Of a stretch of 64,000 bases of DNA, positions 62,936 through 64,000 are shown piece after piece (the first letter of the stretch is position 1; every line of letters starts with the position of its first letter). The position numbers and the translations under genes were made by a program. The DNA lies in assembly GCA_040954595.2 (NCBI GenBank), contig CM082579.2, positions 13,703,834-13,767,833 on the forward strand. Direction: 5' to 3'. The DNA comes from Balanoglossus misakiensis. Taxonomy: Eukaryota; Animalia; Hemichordata. Under the pieces are notes generated by a model. That model did no database searches and had not been told where the DNA came from. It was given only the letters and a program-made list of their open reading frames with translations.

Positions 62936-63154
62936 AGGAATATTCAAGCACTGCAGGAGAATCTAGAGATGGCACAGAAAATAAGAACTTGAATTGAAGA
63001 ATCAGCAAGATCAACATGCACGACAAAATCAACTCATAACACAAAGACAACAACAAAAGCAATTACAAAGATAGCCCAACAACAACAACAAGCAGTGCAA
63101 GCACAGCCATCCAATATACAATCAACAAATCAACAACTAAGACACCACTTTCAA
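62936..63154 (+). pseudogene. Disabled Q-rich exon, probably MED25 C-terminal region
   Basis: tttag|...|gtaagt boundaries. Translation NIQALQENLEMAQK...QQQQQAVQAQPSNIQSTNQQLRHHFQ with frameshift/stops; the end resembles the MED25 NR-box context (NPQLRxLL). Confidence 0.5.
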
Positions 63155-63643
63155 GTAAGTTGTCACAATAATGTGAACAGTGAATATTTTGAAAACCAAG
63201 ACTGATACCCGTGTCACTCCTGGGAATTGTTATGTGGGGAAAAATAAAATCATTTTTCTCAAAAAAGGAGCTTTCTTGATGTTACAAATAACATGTTCTG
63301 TGCCATTCCCGAAATTATCTTAATGTATTTGGGACCTGACAGTCACACAGAATAAATTCAAAGCACTATTTGCCCAAAGCAGACCTAAATTACAGACAGA
63401 GGAATACAACAAATCTTGTCTCATTCTTATTTTCAATTCTTCTAGTTTTTCCATGGTATCAGTGTGGAAGCACTGATGATAACCTCCGTCAAACAGTTTT
63501 AAATGCAGACAATCGTCTTACTCTTATGCACATATGTGTAATTTTGTGTGTACAAAATAAGATCAAATCCAAATATCTGCAAATTTTATGTGCATGCATT
63601 CAAATAGTGGACTGCCTTCACTTCCTTTCATATTTCTTGCCCA

Positions 63644-63645
<2 letters not shown>

Positions 63646-63676
<31 letters not shown>
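63646..63676. repeat. (AT)n microsatellite
   Basis: Direct reading. Confidence 0.95.
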
Positions 63677-63679
<3 letters not shown>

Positions 63680-64000
63680 AAGACTTTCATTTTGTCTCTT
63701 CTTTTCACTCAATTTGCTGTTTTTTTTTCCTAATTTACGACACAGAGTATGGTTGCCGCCATCTTGTCTGTTGTATAGACAGAATTGTGTCATTGATAAA
63801 GTTTTTGTAACCAGAATCTCTGCTTTGGCACATGCGCATTAGACGATCATAACCCTTTAACAAAAGTCTGCTTAGAATTTAAATCACATTGTTTTCAAAA
63901 TGTCTGCATCTGATTACATGGTGAATTAAAGCTGAAAGCAGTGTTCACTGGGCCCAAGCGATTCCCAGGGTTTCTACAGAATGCCAAGGATTATCTGCTG

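Noticed and set aside
149-63810. Most short (60-130 aa) ORFs in the track
   Set aside because: Intronic or TE-derived, antisense shadows of real ORFs, or exons read through into introns; no recognisable domains.

Overview
Eukaryotic, AT-rich, spliceosomal-intron DNA, most likely from a marine invertebrate (species not determinable from sequence). The host backbone is a mosaic of local duplications of two disabled gene fragments: MED25 (Mediator subunit 25) exons (~337-19150, plus a probable 3' exon at ~62936-63154) and four calcium-binding-EGF exons repeated 2-3 times (~19670-55211). Because the backbone is duplicated, most insertions can be delimited against an empty paralogous site inside the window. 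Elements found: an Ngaro-type split-direct-repeat retrotransposon (8652-13568), a Crypton (14945-16852), a DIRS1-type retrotransposon with ITRs and ICR (26343-31400), an apparently intact hAT-like transposon with 7-bp TSD (37602-44436), a 7.3-kb TTAA-flanked nest (47654-54976), LINE remnants and many MITEs. The most notable observation is that the Crypton and three sequence-unrelated non-coding elements share one terminal architecture: a long terminal hairpin followed directly by an inverted copy of the opposite end. Together these form a DIRS-like internal complementary region in elements that have no reverse transcriptase. The Ngaro ORF1 also carries a SAM-like domain. Family assignments rest on motif recognition by eye; no database searches were run.
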